A DNA stretch of 63,596 bases, counting the filler. It is 8 parts of 8 records of this genome, joined end to end, with 100 filler letters (N's around TTAATTAATTAA, not from the genome) between each part and the next. Parts side by side here need not be neighbours in the genome. Positions count along the whole stretch, not along the records: positions 49,134 to 55,565 come from SRR31147125_2332; positions 55,666 to 63,596 come from SRR31147125_2353; 6 more parts are not named here. One strand, given 5' to 3'. Positions 52,103-63,596 of the stretch are shown here, piece by piece; within the stretch, counting starts at the first letter, position 1, and each line of letters opens with the position of its first letter. Under the pieces are notes generated by a model that saw only the letters and a program-made list of their open reading frames with translations, did not search any database and was not told the origin of the DNA. The position numbers and the translations under genes are program-made.

Positions 52103-53314
52103 ATGAAAATAAATATTTTTGAAGAGTATAAAGGTTTGCCAAAAGATATATATATGTTGTTTACAGCAAATGTGATTAATAGATTTGGTGATTTCGTAGC
52201 ACCGTTTTTAACACTCTATTTATCAAGCAAGTTAGAGATAAAAGTTCAATATATTAGTATAATAGTAACTGTCTGTATACTGAGTAGAATTCCCGGAGCT
52301 ATCTTGGGTGGAAAAATGGCAGATAACTTTGGACGTAAAAAATCATACCTAATTCTACAGTTGATTGCAGGTTTATTTTTACTACCTTGCGCATTTTTAA
52401 CCAATGCATATATAAATATAGGTTTGATAATTTTATCAACTTTTTTTAATGCTGCTGTTAGACCAGCTCTTGAAGCTTTATCAATGGATATCATCCCCGA
52501 AGAGAAGAGAAAGATAGGATTTTCATTAATGTATCTAGGAATAAACATAGGAGTTGCAGTGGGGCCTGCATTAGCGGGATTTTTATTCAAAGTCAGTTTA
52601 CCACTCTTCTTTTTGGTAGATACTGCAACATCTTTATTAGCAGTAACGATAGTAGGTCTTAAAGTAAAAGAAAAATATGTCTTAGATAAAAAAGTTGAAG
52701 AAGAAAAATCAGTAAGAGAAGGATTTTTTAAAATAGCATTAAAGAATCCACAATTAATAAAAGTTATATTTCTAACGGCGGGCTTTAGTTTAGCTTATTC
52801 ACAAGCACACTTCGCTCTTCCTATCTTATTGGAAGAAGTTTTTTCAGGAGACAGTGCAACTAGATTAGGCTTGATATTCAATTTAAATGCCATAACAGTG
52901 CTTGTGGCAACTACATGGCTGACTAGCAAAATGAAAAAGAATTCAAGTATTAGAAATCTCGTATATTCAGGTTTCTTTTACGGGATAGGTTTTGGAGCAT
53001 ATGCACTGTCTAGAAATCTTTTTGGTTTTGCGATTGCAACGGTGATATGGACTATGGGTGAAATTGTGCAAGTTTCAAATGAAAAGGTATATATAGCTGA
53101 ACATGCTGAACAGAGGTATAGAGGCCAGATGACTGCCGTTGCCTCGAGTTTGAAATCAGGAATGTATTCATTAAGTATTTTAATGGGAGGATGGATAATT
53201 CCTATTATAGGAGTAAGAAAAGTATGGATAATATGTTTGATAATTCCTTTATTAATTAGTTTTACTTTACTTAATATAAAAGAGAGAACGTTAAAAGTTT
53301 CGCAAAATGCTTGA
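52103..53314 (+). CDS. MFS transporter
   Basis: GGKMADNFGRKK motif A and about 12 TM segments. Confidence 0.93.
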   Translation: MKINIFEEYKGLPKDIYMLFTANVINRFGDFVAPFLTLYLSSKLEIKVQYISIIVTVCILSRIPGAILGGKMADNFGRKKSYLILQLIAGLFLLPCAFLTNAYINIGLIILSTFFNAAVRPALEALSMDIIPEEKRKIGFSLMYLGINIGVAVGPALAGFLFKVSLPLFFLVDTATSLLAVTIVGLKVKEKYVLDKKVEEEKSVREGFFKIALKNPQLIKVIFLTAGFSLAYSQAHFALPILLEEVFSGDSATRLGLIFNLNAITVLVATTWLTSKMKKNSSIRNLVYSGFFYGIGFGAYALSRNLFGFAIATVIWTMGEIVQVSNEKVYIAEHAEQRYRGQMTAVASSLKSGMYSLSILMGGWIIPIIGVRKVWIICLIIPLLISFTLLNIKERTLKVSQNA

Positions 53315-53387
53315 ACTATTTTTTTTATAAGAGTATAATGGGCTTATAAATTTAAGAAAAATATTAAAAATTATAAGGAGCGATAAA

Positions 53388-54014
53388 ATGTTCGGAATAA
53401 TAAACTTTAAACTGTTTTTAATATCAGGAATACTGCTTAATTTAACACCAGGTTCAGATACACTATTTATTTTAGGTAGAAGTATGCAGGGGAAAAAAGC
53501 TGGTATCGCATCAGTGCTAGGAATAGCATCGGGATGTATAATACATACAATTATGGCAGGTTTTGGTTTGTCAATTATTTTAGCTAAATCTGCAATGGCT
53601 TTTAATATAATTAAATATATGGGAGCAGCATACCTAATTTATTTAGGATTGAAATCAATATTTAGTAAAACTGAACTTAACTTGAATAGCGGAAAAACAA
53701 AGAGTGAAACAGTAAAGAAAATATATATATCAGGAGTATTAACAAATGTTTTAAATCCAAAGGTAGCGTTATTCTTTTTAGCATTTTTACCACAATTTAT
53801 TGATGCGGGAAATACGTATGGGACAATACCATTCTTAATATTAGGTGGGACATTTGTAATAACAGGAACAACTTGGTGCTTTATACTTGCAATGATATCT
53901 TCATTTGCAATGAATAAGCTTAAAGAAAATAGCAATATGTCAAACTATATGAATAAAATTACGGGAATTATATTTGTAGGACTTGGTCTGAAACTTTTAA
54001 GGACGAAACAATAA
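53388..54014 (+). CDS. LysE/RhtB-family exporter
   Basis: TPGSD, GAAYLIYLG and TNVLNPKVALFFLAFLPQFI motifs. Confidence 0.94.
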   Translation: MFGIINFKLFLISGILLNLTPGSDTLFILGRSMQGKKAGIASVLGIASGCIIHTIMAGFGLSIILAKSAMAFNIIKYMGAAYLIYLGLKSIFSKTELNLNSGKTKSETVKKIYISGVLTNVLNPKVALFFLAFLPQFIDAGNTYGTIPFLILGGTFVITGTTWCFILAMISSFAMNKLKENSNMSNYMNKITGIIFVGLGLKLLRTKQ

Positions 54015-54066
54015 TTAGTAAAATGATATTTATGAGAGCCAGAGATGGCTCTTTTATTTTTATACA

Positions 54067-54088
54067 AAATTGTAATAACTACAAATTT
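54067..54088 (+). promoter_or_regulatory. Zur/Fur-like box just upstream of a TTGACA -35
   Basis: AAATTGTAATAACTACAAATT versus Zur consensus AAATCGTAATnATTACGATTT (16 of 20 positions); precedes troA. Confidence 0.6.
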
Positions 54089-54278
54089 GTATTGACAAAC
54101 GCTGTATGGTGTACTAATATTAATGAAAAGATAAACATGCTATATATAATATATAGTTTTTAATAAAAAGCTGAAATTTTAATTATTATCTTAAGCTCAT
54201 TAAAAGGATAAATGAAGATTTTTCGAAAGATATTAGAAGAATGAATTTAAATAAAATTTTACATAGGAGGCGGCCATA

Positions 54279-55220
54279 ATGAAAAAGGTACTTATATTAA
54301 TAGCAGGGCTTATTGCAGTATTAGGTATATTCCTTATAACAGCAAAAAAGGATACAGCTGAATCAGAAAGTGGAGCAAAAACTAAAGTTGTAGCGACAAC
54401 AACAATGATAGCAGATTTGGTTAGAGAGATAGCGAAGGATAAAATAGAGGTAAGTGGTTTAATGGGTTCAGGAGTTGACCCTCATCTATACAAAGCAAGT
54501 GAAGGGGATGTTGCAAAGTTATCAGAAGCAAAGGCGGTTATCTATAACGGACTTCACCTTGAAGGTAAATTAGACGATGTGTTTGAAAAGATGGAACATA
54601 GGGGAGTTAAAATTTATGCTTTAGCTGAGAGTATAGATAAATCAAAACTTATTTCATCAAATGATTTTGCATCAAATTATGATCCACATGTTTGGTTTAG
54701 TACTGAGTTATGGAAAGAATTAACTGAGTATACTGGAAATGTTTTAGGAGAAATAGATCCAGAGAATGCAGAGTTTTATAAGGCTAATGCAAAAGCCTAC
54801 GTTCAGAAAATAGATGAGTTTGAAAAATATTCATTTGAAAGGATAGAGAAACTTCCAGAAGAGCAAAGAATACTTATTACAGCCCATGATGCATTTAATT
54901 ATTTTGGAAAAGTATATGGCTTCGAAGTGCTTGGTTTACAAGGACTTAGTACAGCAAGTGAAGCTGGAGTACAGGATGTTAAAAACTTGGCAGACTATAT
55001 CTATGAGAAGAAAGTAAAAGCAATTTTCGTAGAGTCATCTGTGCCTAAAAGAAATATAGAGGCACTTCAGAAAGCTGTAAAAGCCAGAGGATTTGAAGTA
55101 AAGATCGGTGGAGAGTTATTCTCTGATGCACTTGGAAATCCAGGAACAGAAGAGGGAACTTATCTTGGAATGTTTAAACATAACATGGATACAGTTGTTG
55201 ATGCCTTAAGCGGAAAGTAG
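54279..55220 (+). CDS. troA: Zn/Mn ABC substrate-binding protein (TroA type)
   Basis: DPHLY, DPHVW, TAHDAF and SDALG ligand motifs. Confidence 0.88.
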   Translation: MKKVLILIAGLIAVLGIFLITAKKDTAESESGAKTKVVATTTMIADLVREIAKDKIEVSGLMGSGVDPHLYKASEGDVAKLSEAKAVIYNGLHLEGKLDDVFEKMEHRGVKIYALAESIDKSKLISSNDFASNYDPHVWFSTELWKELTEYTGNVLGEIDPENAEFYKANAKAYVQKIDEFEKYSFERIEKLPEEQRILITAHDAFNYFGKVYGFEVLGLQGLSTASEAGVQDVKNLADYIYEKKVKAIFVESSVPKRNIEALQKAVKARGFEVKIGGELFSDALGNPGTEEGTYLGMFKHNMDTVVDALSGK

Positions 55221-55289
55221 GGTGTTATAAATAACACCCGTACTAAAGGAATTGATATTTAATTTTCGGAATATAAAGGAGAACTAATT

Positions 55290-55565
55290 ATGCCAGAATA
55301 CGCAATAGAAGTAAATGACCTAACAGTTGCATATAAATATAAACCTGTACTATGGGATATAGATTTGAAGGTTCCTGAGGGTGTGCTTATGGCTATAGTA
55401 GGGCCTAATGGAGCAGGAAAATCAACACTGATTAAATCAATTCTTGGGATAATTCAACCTGTTGCAGGTGATATTCAGATATATAGCAGACCTTATGAGA
55501 AGCAGAGAGATTTAGTTGCTTATGTCCCTCAAAGGGGAAGTGTTGATTGGGATTTTCCAACTACT
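55290..55565 (+). CDS. troB: Metal ABC ATPase (TroB type), 3' partial
   Basis: GPNGAGKST and AYVPQRGSVDWDFP motifs. Confidence 0.85.
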
Positions 55566-55665
55566 NNNNNNNNNNNNNNNNNNNNNNNNNNNNNNNNNNN
55601 NNNNNNNNNTTAATTAATTAANNNNNNNNNNNNNNNNNNNNNNNNNNNNNNNNNNNNNNNNNNNN

Positions 55666-57033
55666 AGCTCTTTGTCTTGAAATACACCAATCATCTCTAT
55701 TAATTACCATATTTGACAGTCTGACTTCTCCCCATTTAGGAAGCCATTCAACATCTTTAATGGCTTCTAATAATTCATCTTTTAATTTATCAATACTTGC
55801 AAACCATTGTGATGTCGCTCTAAAAATAACAGGTTTTTTCGTTCTCCAATCATGTGGATATGAATGGTTGAACTTATCTGCTCTAAGTAAAATATTAAGT
55901 TCATCCAATGCTTTGATAACTTCATCATTTGCTTTTTCATAAAACATACCAGCAAATCTTGAACCAGCTTCTTCCGTCATAATCCCACGATCATCAACAG
56001 GACATAAAATATCTAATTTATACTGACGACCTACACGGTAATCATCTTCACCATGCCCAGGTGCTGTGTGTACAAGTCCTGAACCATCTTCATCAGTAAC
56101 ATGGTCACCTAAAATAATCGGTGATTCTCGATTGTATAATGGATGAATGTATTTTTCTAACTCAAGTACTTGTCCTTTATAAGTATCAAGTACTTGATAT
56201 TCTGACCAGTTAAACATGCTTGCTAGTTTTTCTAATAATGTTTGAGCAACCACATATTTTTTATCATTGACTAATACAGTCACATATACCATTTTAGGAT
56301 TAACTGAAATCGCTAAATTTGCAGGAATTGTCCAAGGTGTTGTTGTCCAAATTAAATAATTGACATCTTTAAATCTTTCATTATCTGTTTTTGCAGGGAA
56401 AGCAACATAAATTGAAGTAGATACATGATCATGATATTCAATTTCCGCTTCAGCAAGTGCAGATTCAGATGATGGTGACCAATACACAGGCTTTAACCCT
56501 TTATAGATCAATCCACGTTCAACCATTTTCGCAAACACTTTAATTTGTCTTGCTTCAAAATCTTTTGTTAGTGTGATATAAGGACTATCCCATTCACCTA
56601 GAATACCTAAGCGCTTAAACTGCTCTTTTTGTCTTTCTACTTGTTTCATGGCATAATCGTAGCAAAGTTTACGATATTCAAATAAAGGCATTTGTTTTCT
56701 TTTGATGCCTTTTTTTGCTAGAGCTGTTTCAATAGGTAGCCCATGTGTATCCCATCCTGGAATATAGCGTGCTTTTTTACCAGCCATTGATTGATATCTA
56801 ACAACAAAATCCTTTAATACTTTATTAAGTGCATGACCTAAGTGAATATCACCATTAGCATATGGAGGTCCATCATGTAATGTGTAAGCTTCTCCATCTT
56901 TATTTTTTTCTAATCTTTTGTTGTATAAATCTAATGCTTCCCACGCTGCTTGAAATTCCAATTCTCTAACACCAAGATTACCTCGCATAGGAAATTCGGT
57001 TCTTGGCATGTTTAATGTGTCTTTAAAATCCAT
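55666..57033 (-). CDS. ileS: Isoleucyl-tRNA synthetase, 3' partial
   Basis: [37 protein letters not shown] and DWCISRQR motifs. Confidence 0.97.
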
Positions 57034-57054
57034 TTCTTTCATCCTCCTTGATTT

Positions 57055-57258
57055 TTCATATAAAAAGTCCCTAGATTTCACATCTAAGGACGAATTTTAT
57101 CCGCGGTACCACCTTAGTTCTAGTTATATAACTAGCCCTCAAATTTATCAAAATGCTCAAAGCTGATACAATTAAAAAGTGTTTGTCAACTAGGCTTTCA
57201 CCATCCCTAATTCGCTTTATACCTTAACTTTTCATTGCGTGGTCTTCTCATCGCATGA
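57055..57258 (-). promoter_or_regulatory. T-box leader of ileS
   Basis: On the minus strand: AGCGA/GGTGAAA stem I motifs, candidate ATC (Ile) specifier in TTGTATCAGC, T-box AAGGTGGTACCGCG, and terminator GTCCTTAGAT...ATCTAGGGACTTTTT. Confidence 0.9.
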
Positions 57259-57263
57259 TTTAA

Positions 57264-57594
57264 TTATTCTACAATTTCTTTTAAGAACTCATCAATAGTT
57301 CCATCTTTATATACATCTTTATTTGCAAATAAGAATACTTTTTCTTGGATGTGAACGATTTCTCCTGTGATAGCATAAACAACACCTGAAAAAAACGCAA
57401 TCACTTTATTTGCTTGATCGACATCAAGTGTGTCAAAATTTAAAATAAGCGGTGATCCATCAATCATTTGATCTGCAAGAGCAGTTAAATAATGATCATC
57501 GTCACTATTTAATTTTTCAAATATGATTTTCTCATATGTTGAAGCCACTGTTTCCTCAACAATATCTTTTTTATGCTTTTTTAAAAATCCCCAT
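57264..57594 (-). CDS. sepF: Cell division protein SepF; extra base near the start
   Basis: PLILNF..LD...A.KVIAFFSGVVYAI.G.I......VFLF pattern. ATG 57594 with RBS needs a one-base correction (MGFLKKHKKDIVEETVAST). Confidence 0.8.
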
Positions 57595-57605
57595 AATGCC
57601 TCCTA

Positions 57606-58196
57606 TTAAAGTATATGTTTGAATAGACGGCCGATGCGTAAATGTGTTGCATGATGTTTAATTGCAATCTCATAATCATCAGTCATACCCATAGATAAAT
57701 ATGGGAGGTTATATAATTGTTTTAAATTATATAATTGCTTAAATGCATCTTCGGTTTTATCAGGGTCATTTAATACACCCATGGTCATAAATCCGACTAT
57801 ATTAATTTTATCATAATTTTTTATTTTGGATAGGAAATCGTCTAAATTTTCTACGAATATCCCACTTTTTTGACTTTCTCTGGCAATATTGACTTGAATA
57901 AAGCAATCAATAGGCTTATTCGCATGTTTTTGAATAGCTTGTGCTAAAGACATTCGATCAAGTGTGTGCACGTAATCTATTCGATTTATCATGTCTTTGA
58001 CTTTATTGGATTGCAGATGACCAATAAAATGCCATGTGATATCTAACGCTGTCAATTGATCCATTTTATACAACATGTCTTTAACTTTGTTTTCTCCAAA
58101 ATCACGATATCCCTTATGATATATGACCTGTAAGTCTGATGCATCAAAATATTTTGATGCACATATGACACGATATTTGTCATTTGTTTTTATCAT
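57606..58196 (-). CDS. yggS: PLP homeostasis protein YggS
   Basis: ASKY, FGEN, WHFIGHLQSNKVK and LSMGMTDDYEIAI..AT.LRIG motifs. Confidence 0.93.
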   Translation of the reverse strand: MIKTNDKYRVICASKYFDASDLQVIYHKGYRDFGENKVKDMLYKMDQLTALDITWHFIGHLQSNKVKDMINRIDYVHTLDRMSLAQAIQKHANKPIDCFIQVNIARESQKSGIFVENLDDFLSKIKNYDKINIVGFMTMGVLNDPDKTEDAFKQLYNLKQLYNLPYLSMGMTDDYEIAIKHHATHLRIGRLFKHIL

Positions 58197-59289
58197 ACAT
58201 TAAATCTAAAGAGCATAATATCGCCATCTTTGACCATATAGTCCTTACCTTCCAAGCGAACTCTACCGTGCTCTTTTGCTGCTTGTGGTGTTTGATATGT
58301 CATTAAATCCTCATACGCAAGCGTTTCAGCTTTGATAAAGCCTCTTTCAAAATCTGAATGGATAATACCTGCACACTGTGGTGCTTTCATCCCTTTGACA
58401 AAAGTCCATGCTCTAACTTCTGGTTCTCCTGCCGTAAAATAAGTCGATAAGCCTAATAAATCATAACTTTCTTCGATAACATCATCAAGTCCAGAACGTG
58501 TTAGGCCATAAGCTTCTAAAAAACTTTCTTGGTCAGCTTTATCAATTGATGCAATTTCCATTTCAACTTGTGCAGAAATAAAAACAACTTTTATATTGGT
58601 TTTATTTGCAAGTGCAACCATATCCTCATAGTGAGGATTTGATGTAGGATCAGATACTTCATCTTCACCAATATTTGCAATATATAACATAGGTTTTAAT
58701 GAGAGTAGATTAAAACTTTTAATCATTTTAAGTTCTTCATCAGAGAAATCTAAATCTCTTGGATTTTGTTCGTTCTCAAGTGCTTCTTTGACTTTTTTGA
58801 GCACTTCATACTCGATAATAGCTTCCTTAACTTTTGATTTTGCTTTTTTTGCAGTCTTGACATTCTTTTATCTAAAACATCTAAATCAGCAATATTCAAT
58901 TCTAATTGAATGGTTTCAACATCTCTAAGTGGATCAACTGAACCATCCACATGTGTGATTTGATTATCTTCAAATAATCTAACGACTTGACATATCGCAT
59001 CAACTTCACGTATATGTGATAAAAATTGGTTACCCAATCCTTCACCTTGTGATGCACCTTTAACAAGTCCTGCGATATCAATAAATTGATATGCTGTTGG
59101 TACTACTTTTTTTGGTTTATAAATACGTTCTAATGCATCTAATCTTGGATCGTTGACATAAACAACTCCTACATTAGGTTCAATGGTTGCAAACGGATAA
59201 TTTGCTGCAAGTGCTTCTGTTTTTGTGATCGCATTAAATAATGTTGATTTTCCGACATTAGGTAATCCGACTATTCCTGCTTTTAACAT
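58193..59289 (-). CDS. ychF: Redox-regulated ATPase YchF, frameshifted near 58830-58850
   Basis: [29 protein letters not shown] in the first ORF; TYFTAG.PEVRAWT ... [11 protein letters not shown] in the second. Confidence 0.95.
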
Positions 59290-59329
59290 ATGTTTAACTT
59301 CCTTTGAATTAAAAAAGGCTTTCGCCTTT

Positions 59330-60466
59330 TTAAAATTTTGATTTTTTCTTTAACCAAGACGGTAAATTTCTTGACTGATTACCTTCTGACACTTCTGGTT
59401 CATCATCTTCTTCTTGGTGAAGTAATCCTTCACGTGTGATGGTCAGTTGTTCATCAGATGTTTTATTAAATATTTCCGATGCAAGATTTTCAATGGTTGA
59501 ACCTTTTGCTTTAAGTTCATACCCAGTTGCAATCACAGTGACAATCATCTCATCGTCCATTTCATTATTTACAGTTGTACCATAAATAATATTCAGTGAA
59601 CGATCTGTTGCATTTCTAATTTCACCAAGTGCTTGCTCAGTTTCAAAAAGTGTAATGTTTGTCCCAGATGTTATGTTAACAATCGCATCAGTCGCTCCAT
59701 CAATAGATACTTCTAATAATTTAGAGTGTATTGCTTTTCTTGCAGCTTCAATTGCACGATCTTCACCTGATGCAATACCGATACCCATAAGTGCAGTACC
59801 TTTATTTTCCATCACTGTACGAACATCTGCAAAATCGACATTAATAAGTCCAGGAATTGCAATAATTTCTGCAATACCTTGTACACCTTGTCTTAATACA
59901 TTATCAGATTCTCTAAATGCATCTAGCAATTGTGTTGTTGGCCCTGAAACAGCAAGTAATTTTTCATTAGGAATGACGATTAATGTATCAACATGTGGTT
60001 TTAATTCTTCAAGTCCATAAACCGCTGCTTGCATACGTGCAGGTCCTTCAAAACTAAATGGTTTAGTCACAATACCAATGGTTAAACAACCCAGCTCTTT
60101 TGCTTTTTGTGCAATGACTGGTGCAGCACCTGTTCCTGTGCCTCCGCCCATGCCAGCAGTAATGAATACCATATCTGCATCTTTTAAGACTTCTTCGATT
60201 TCATCAATTGATTCAAGTGCAGCTTCTTTACCAATATTCGCTTTTGCTCCAGCACCTAAACCTCTTGTCAAATATTTACCTATTTGAACACGCGTTTCAG
60301 CTTTAGAAACTTTAAGTACTTGAGCATCTGTGTTTACTGCAACAAAAGAAACACCTTTCACATCGTTTTCGATCATACGATTGATTGCATTTCCTCCACC
60401 GCCACCAACACCGATGACTTTAATGATAGGTTTTTGATTAAAGTTATTTTCTTCGCCAAATACCAT
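59330..60466 (-). CDS. ftsZ: Cell division protein FtsZ
   Basis: [25 protein letters not shown] and C-terminal LPSWL motifs. Confidence 0.98.
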   Translation of the reverse strand: MVFGEENNFNQKPIIKVIGVGGGGGNAINRMIENDVKGVSFVAVNTDAQVLKVSKAETRVQIGKYLTRGLGAGAKANIGKEAALESIDEIEEVLKDADMVFITAGMGGGTGTGAAPVIAQKAKELGCLTIGIVTKPFSFEGPARMQAAVYGLEELKPHVDTLIVIPNEKLLAVSGPTTQLLDAFRESDNVLRQGVQGIAEIIAIPGLINVDFADVRTVMENKGTALMGIGIASGEDRAIEAARKAIHSKLLEVSIDGATDAIVNITSGTNITLFETEQALGEIRNATDRSLNIIYGTTVNNEMDDEMIVTVIATGYELKAKGSTIENLASEIFNKTSDEQLTITREGLLHQEEDDEPEVSEGNQSRNLPSWLKKKSKF

Positions 60467-60528
60467 GCGTATCCCTCCTTGAATAACTAGTTTTATTTTA
60501 CACGAAATGTGACATAAAATAAAGATAT

Positions 60529-61683
<1,155 letters not shown>

Positions 61684-61704
61684 TTATAGTATTAAAGTAT
61701 TTAA

Positions 61705-61744
61705 AAGCTGTATCCTAGATAAACCAGCTTAAACAAAACAAGGA
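61705..61744 (+). ncRNA. preQ1 class I riboswitch
   Basis: P1 AAGCTG/CAGCTT, loop containing CCT, A-rich tail AAACAAAACAAGG. The loop CCT can pair with AGG of the RBS. Directly upstream of queT. Confidence 0.85.
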
Positions 61745-61752
61745 GCATACAA

Positions 61753-62232
61753 ATGAAAAATTTATCTTTACTTGACCTCATTTTTCAAGCGTTAATTGGG
61801 GCAACTTACGTGGTCTTAGTATTACTATTACCCGCACTCGCTTATGGGCAATTACAATTTAGAATTGCTGAAGCATTACTTATTTTAATTTTCTTTAGCA
61901 GAAAAAATATGATTGGGCTATTGCTTGGTACATTAATAGCAAATATGTTTGGAGATTTCGGCATTATTGACGCAATTTTTGGGACTTTTGCTACATTTCT
62001 AGTATTAAGTGCAATGACATGGATCAAAGTACATGTGGCACTTAGACTAATATGGCCAGTCATCATCAATGGATTATATGTTGGTATCTTATTAATGTTT
62101 ATGTTAGACTTGCCTTTTTTAGAAACTGCTATCTATGTTGGTATCTCTGAAGCCTTAGTTGTTTATGGGATAGGTCTACCATTATATTATGCATTAAATA
62201 AAAATCAAACATTTAAATCGTTATTCCAATAA
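61753..62232 (+). CDS. queT: QueT-family queuosine precursor transporter (ECF S component)
   Basis: ALIGATYVVL, YGQLQFRIAEAL, LG.LIAN and D.IFG motifs; preQ1 riboswitch upstream. Confidence 0.9.
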   Translation: MKNLSLLDLIFQALIGATYVVLVLLLPALAYGQLQFRIAEALLILIFFSRKNMIGLLLGTLIANMFGDFGIIDAIFGTFATFLVLSAMTWIKVHVALRLIWPVIINGLYVGILLMFMLDLPFLETAIYVGISEALVVYGIGLPLYYALNKNQTFKSLFQ

Positions 62233-62261
62233 AAAACACCTCAAATTTGAGGTGTTATTTT
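62232..62261. terminator. Bidirectional terminator
   Basis: AAAAAACACCTCAAATTTGAGGTGTTATTTT. Confidence 0.75.
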
Positions 62262-63277
62262 TTATATGGACTAAACTTTACAAAATGACTATATGTTTCA
62301 TTTTTTCTTAATATCCCATCATTTAAATCTTGATGATATATACCACTTGGTTCATATTGACACTCAAGTGTCACAGAACTATGTATGCCGTTTGTATCAC
62401 AAGATGTCAGTGGTGTAGCATCTTCATAATTGTGCGTGTAAACAACTACACTAGGGTAATCAGTTTGAACTTTTAAACCTATATTTAATCTTTGGTTAAA
62501 CAAATTTATTTGTTCCGTGCTATTTTGATTGATTAGATATGCATTATCAAATCCTAGATAACCTTCTTGTTCTAATTGCGCAATAGATTTTGTCAATTCA
62601 CAATCATTTCTTAAATCAAATGATGAATTATTGAGTGATTTTAATCCTTTGGGTCTATAATTTTCATCAATTAAAACATATTGATCCGCATCTACACTTA
62701 AGAACATATCATTTAAATTTTCTTTATTTTCATTAAAATTGAAGTAAATATGATTGGTTAAATTACATAGTGTATCCTTTGTAGTCGTCGCCTCATGTTT
62801 TAATATAAGTTCACCTTGATTATTTAATGTATATGTCACATTGACATTTAATAAACCAGGATATCCTTCTTCCATATCTTCTGATACATAGTTAAATGTC
62901 ACACTTATATACTCGTTTGTATTTTCAAATCCTTTAATTGAAAAGTTTTTATGTGAAAAACCTACAGCACCACCATGTAAATGCGCTTTGTCTTTTGGGT
63001 TTGCATTTATGATGATATCTTTGCCATCTAATGGAAAAGAAGGCGGAAACAAACGACCACTTGTGCGTCCAATGGTTTTTCCATAATATGCATCAGCTGT
63101 TAAATAGTCATCTAAAGTTTTTGGTCTTAAGACAAGACTTTTTCCCATAAAGTCAAAATCAAAGATACCAGCACCATAGGATGAAAGCGTGACGTGTGTA
63201 TCTTTTGATGAAAGTTCAATGAGTGTAACTTTTCCTACAATTGTATCTACTTCTTTAATGTTTAATGATTTTTTCAT
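62255..63277 (-). CDS. galM: Aldose 1-epimerase (mutarotase)
   Basis: YYGKTIGR, HLHGG, EEGYPG, NLTNH.YFN and FDNAY motifs. Confidence 0.9.
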   Translation of the reverse strand: MKKSLNIKEVDTIVGKVTLIELSSKDTHVTLSSYGAGIFDFDFMGKSLVLRPKTLDDYLTADAYYGKTIGRTSGRLFPPSFPLDGKDIIINANPKDKAHLHGGAVGFSHKNFSIKGFENTNEYISVTFNYVSEDMEEGYPGLLNVNVTYTLNNQGELILKHEATTTKDTLCNLTNHIYFNFNENKENLNDMFLSVDADQYVLIDENYRPKGLKSLNNSSFDLRNDCELTKSIAQLEQEGYLGFDNAYLINQNSTEQINLFNQRLNIGLKVQTDYPSVVVYTHNYEDATPLTSCDTNGIHSSVTLECQYEPSGIYHQDLNDGILRKNETYSHFVKFSPYKK

Positions 63278-63596
63278 ATAATCTCCTTAATTTTCCGATG
63301 TGCTATCGCCATAGGTACTTGTTCTAATTGATCAATTCTTATTTTTATCCATGGATGTGTATCAGGCATATCTATGACTCTTACTTCATAGACATCCATA
63401 TGCCATATCAAATGTGTAAATACATGCTTGTATTTACCTAAATAAGAAACTTCTTCTAAATAAATATGTTGGTCTTCTAAATCATCAATGACTTGACGAA
63501 TACTTTCTGATTCAAATTGTGGATACATCATCATATTTTTTAATAACTCTTCAGTTCTTTTATACATATAAATATTTTGTTTATCCTTCATGATAA
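63274..63596 (-). CDS. mutY: C-terminal NUDIX-like domain of adenine glycosylase MutY (5' partial)
   Basis: KR....LL..M..YP and KHVFTHLIW motifs, P...AHRKI tail. Confidence 0.7.
   Translation of the reverse strand, partial: IMKDKQNIYMYKRTEELLKNMMMYPQFESESIRQVIDDLEDQHIYLEEVSYLGKYKHVFTHLIWHMDVYEVRVIDMPDTHPWIKIRIDQLEQVPMAIAHRKIKEII

Noticed and set aside
8438-55665. Seven regularly recurring TTAATTAATTAA motifs as a biological repeat
   Set aside because: They are embedded in N-runs of identical length and are artificial linkers. Gene adjacency across them is meaningless.
58750-58860. Programmed ribosomal frameshift in ychF and other split genes
   Set aside because: The number of unrelated homopolymer indels makes sequencing error far more parsimonious.

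Overview
The window is a concatenation of 8 unrelated contigs (1-8437, 8538-14082, 14183-29306, 29407-36099, 36200-41629, 41730-49033, 49134-55565, 55666-63596) joined by 100-nt N/TTAATTAATTAA/N linkers. It probably comes from several bacteria, and many genes carry single-base frameshifts, mostly at homopolymer runs. Contig 1: TPR/beta-barrel outer-membrane protein, FecR-domain protein, two paralogous Tyr/Asp-rich lipoproteins and a BspA-LRR lipoprotein. Contig 2: SH3 protein, hsdR remnant, Tat-exported phosphotriesterase, a vapBC module flanked by palindromic 8-mer repeats, and a metallophosphoesterase. Contig 3: nrdD with NrdR boxes, a Fru-family PTS/GH38/ROK operon, and an orphan sugar-binding protein next to a HAMP-PP2C phosphatase. 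Contig 4: alpha-glucan utilisation. Contig 5: yugP-like peptidase, grpE-dnaJ and degP with putative ECF and sigma54 promoters. Contig 6: ECF transporter, Crp and TetR regulators, LolA-like protein, probable porin, UvrD-like helicase. Contig 7: MacB-type ABC genes, cobB, LysR/MFS/LysE and troAB with a Zur-like box. Contig 8: Mollicutes-like tgt-ftsZ-ychF-yggS-sepF-ileS with a T-box, queT with a preQ1 riboswitch, galM and mutY. The best candidate for a new system is the contig 1 operon, whose lipoproteins and FecR protein share terminal beta-strands suggesting a type V pilus-like donor-strand-exchange surface assembly. Other highlights are the repeat-flanked TA cassette and a TGT lacking all four zinc ligands. 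All family calls are by motif recognition; no database search was run.
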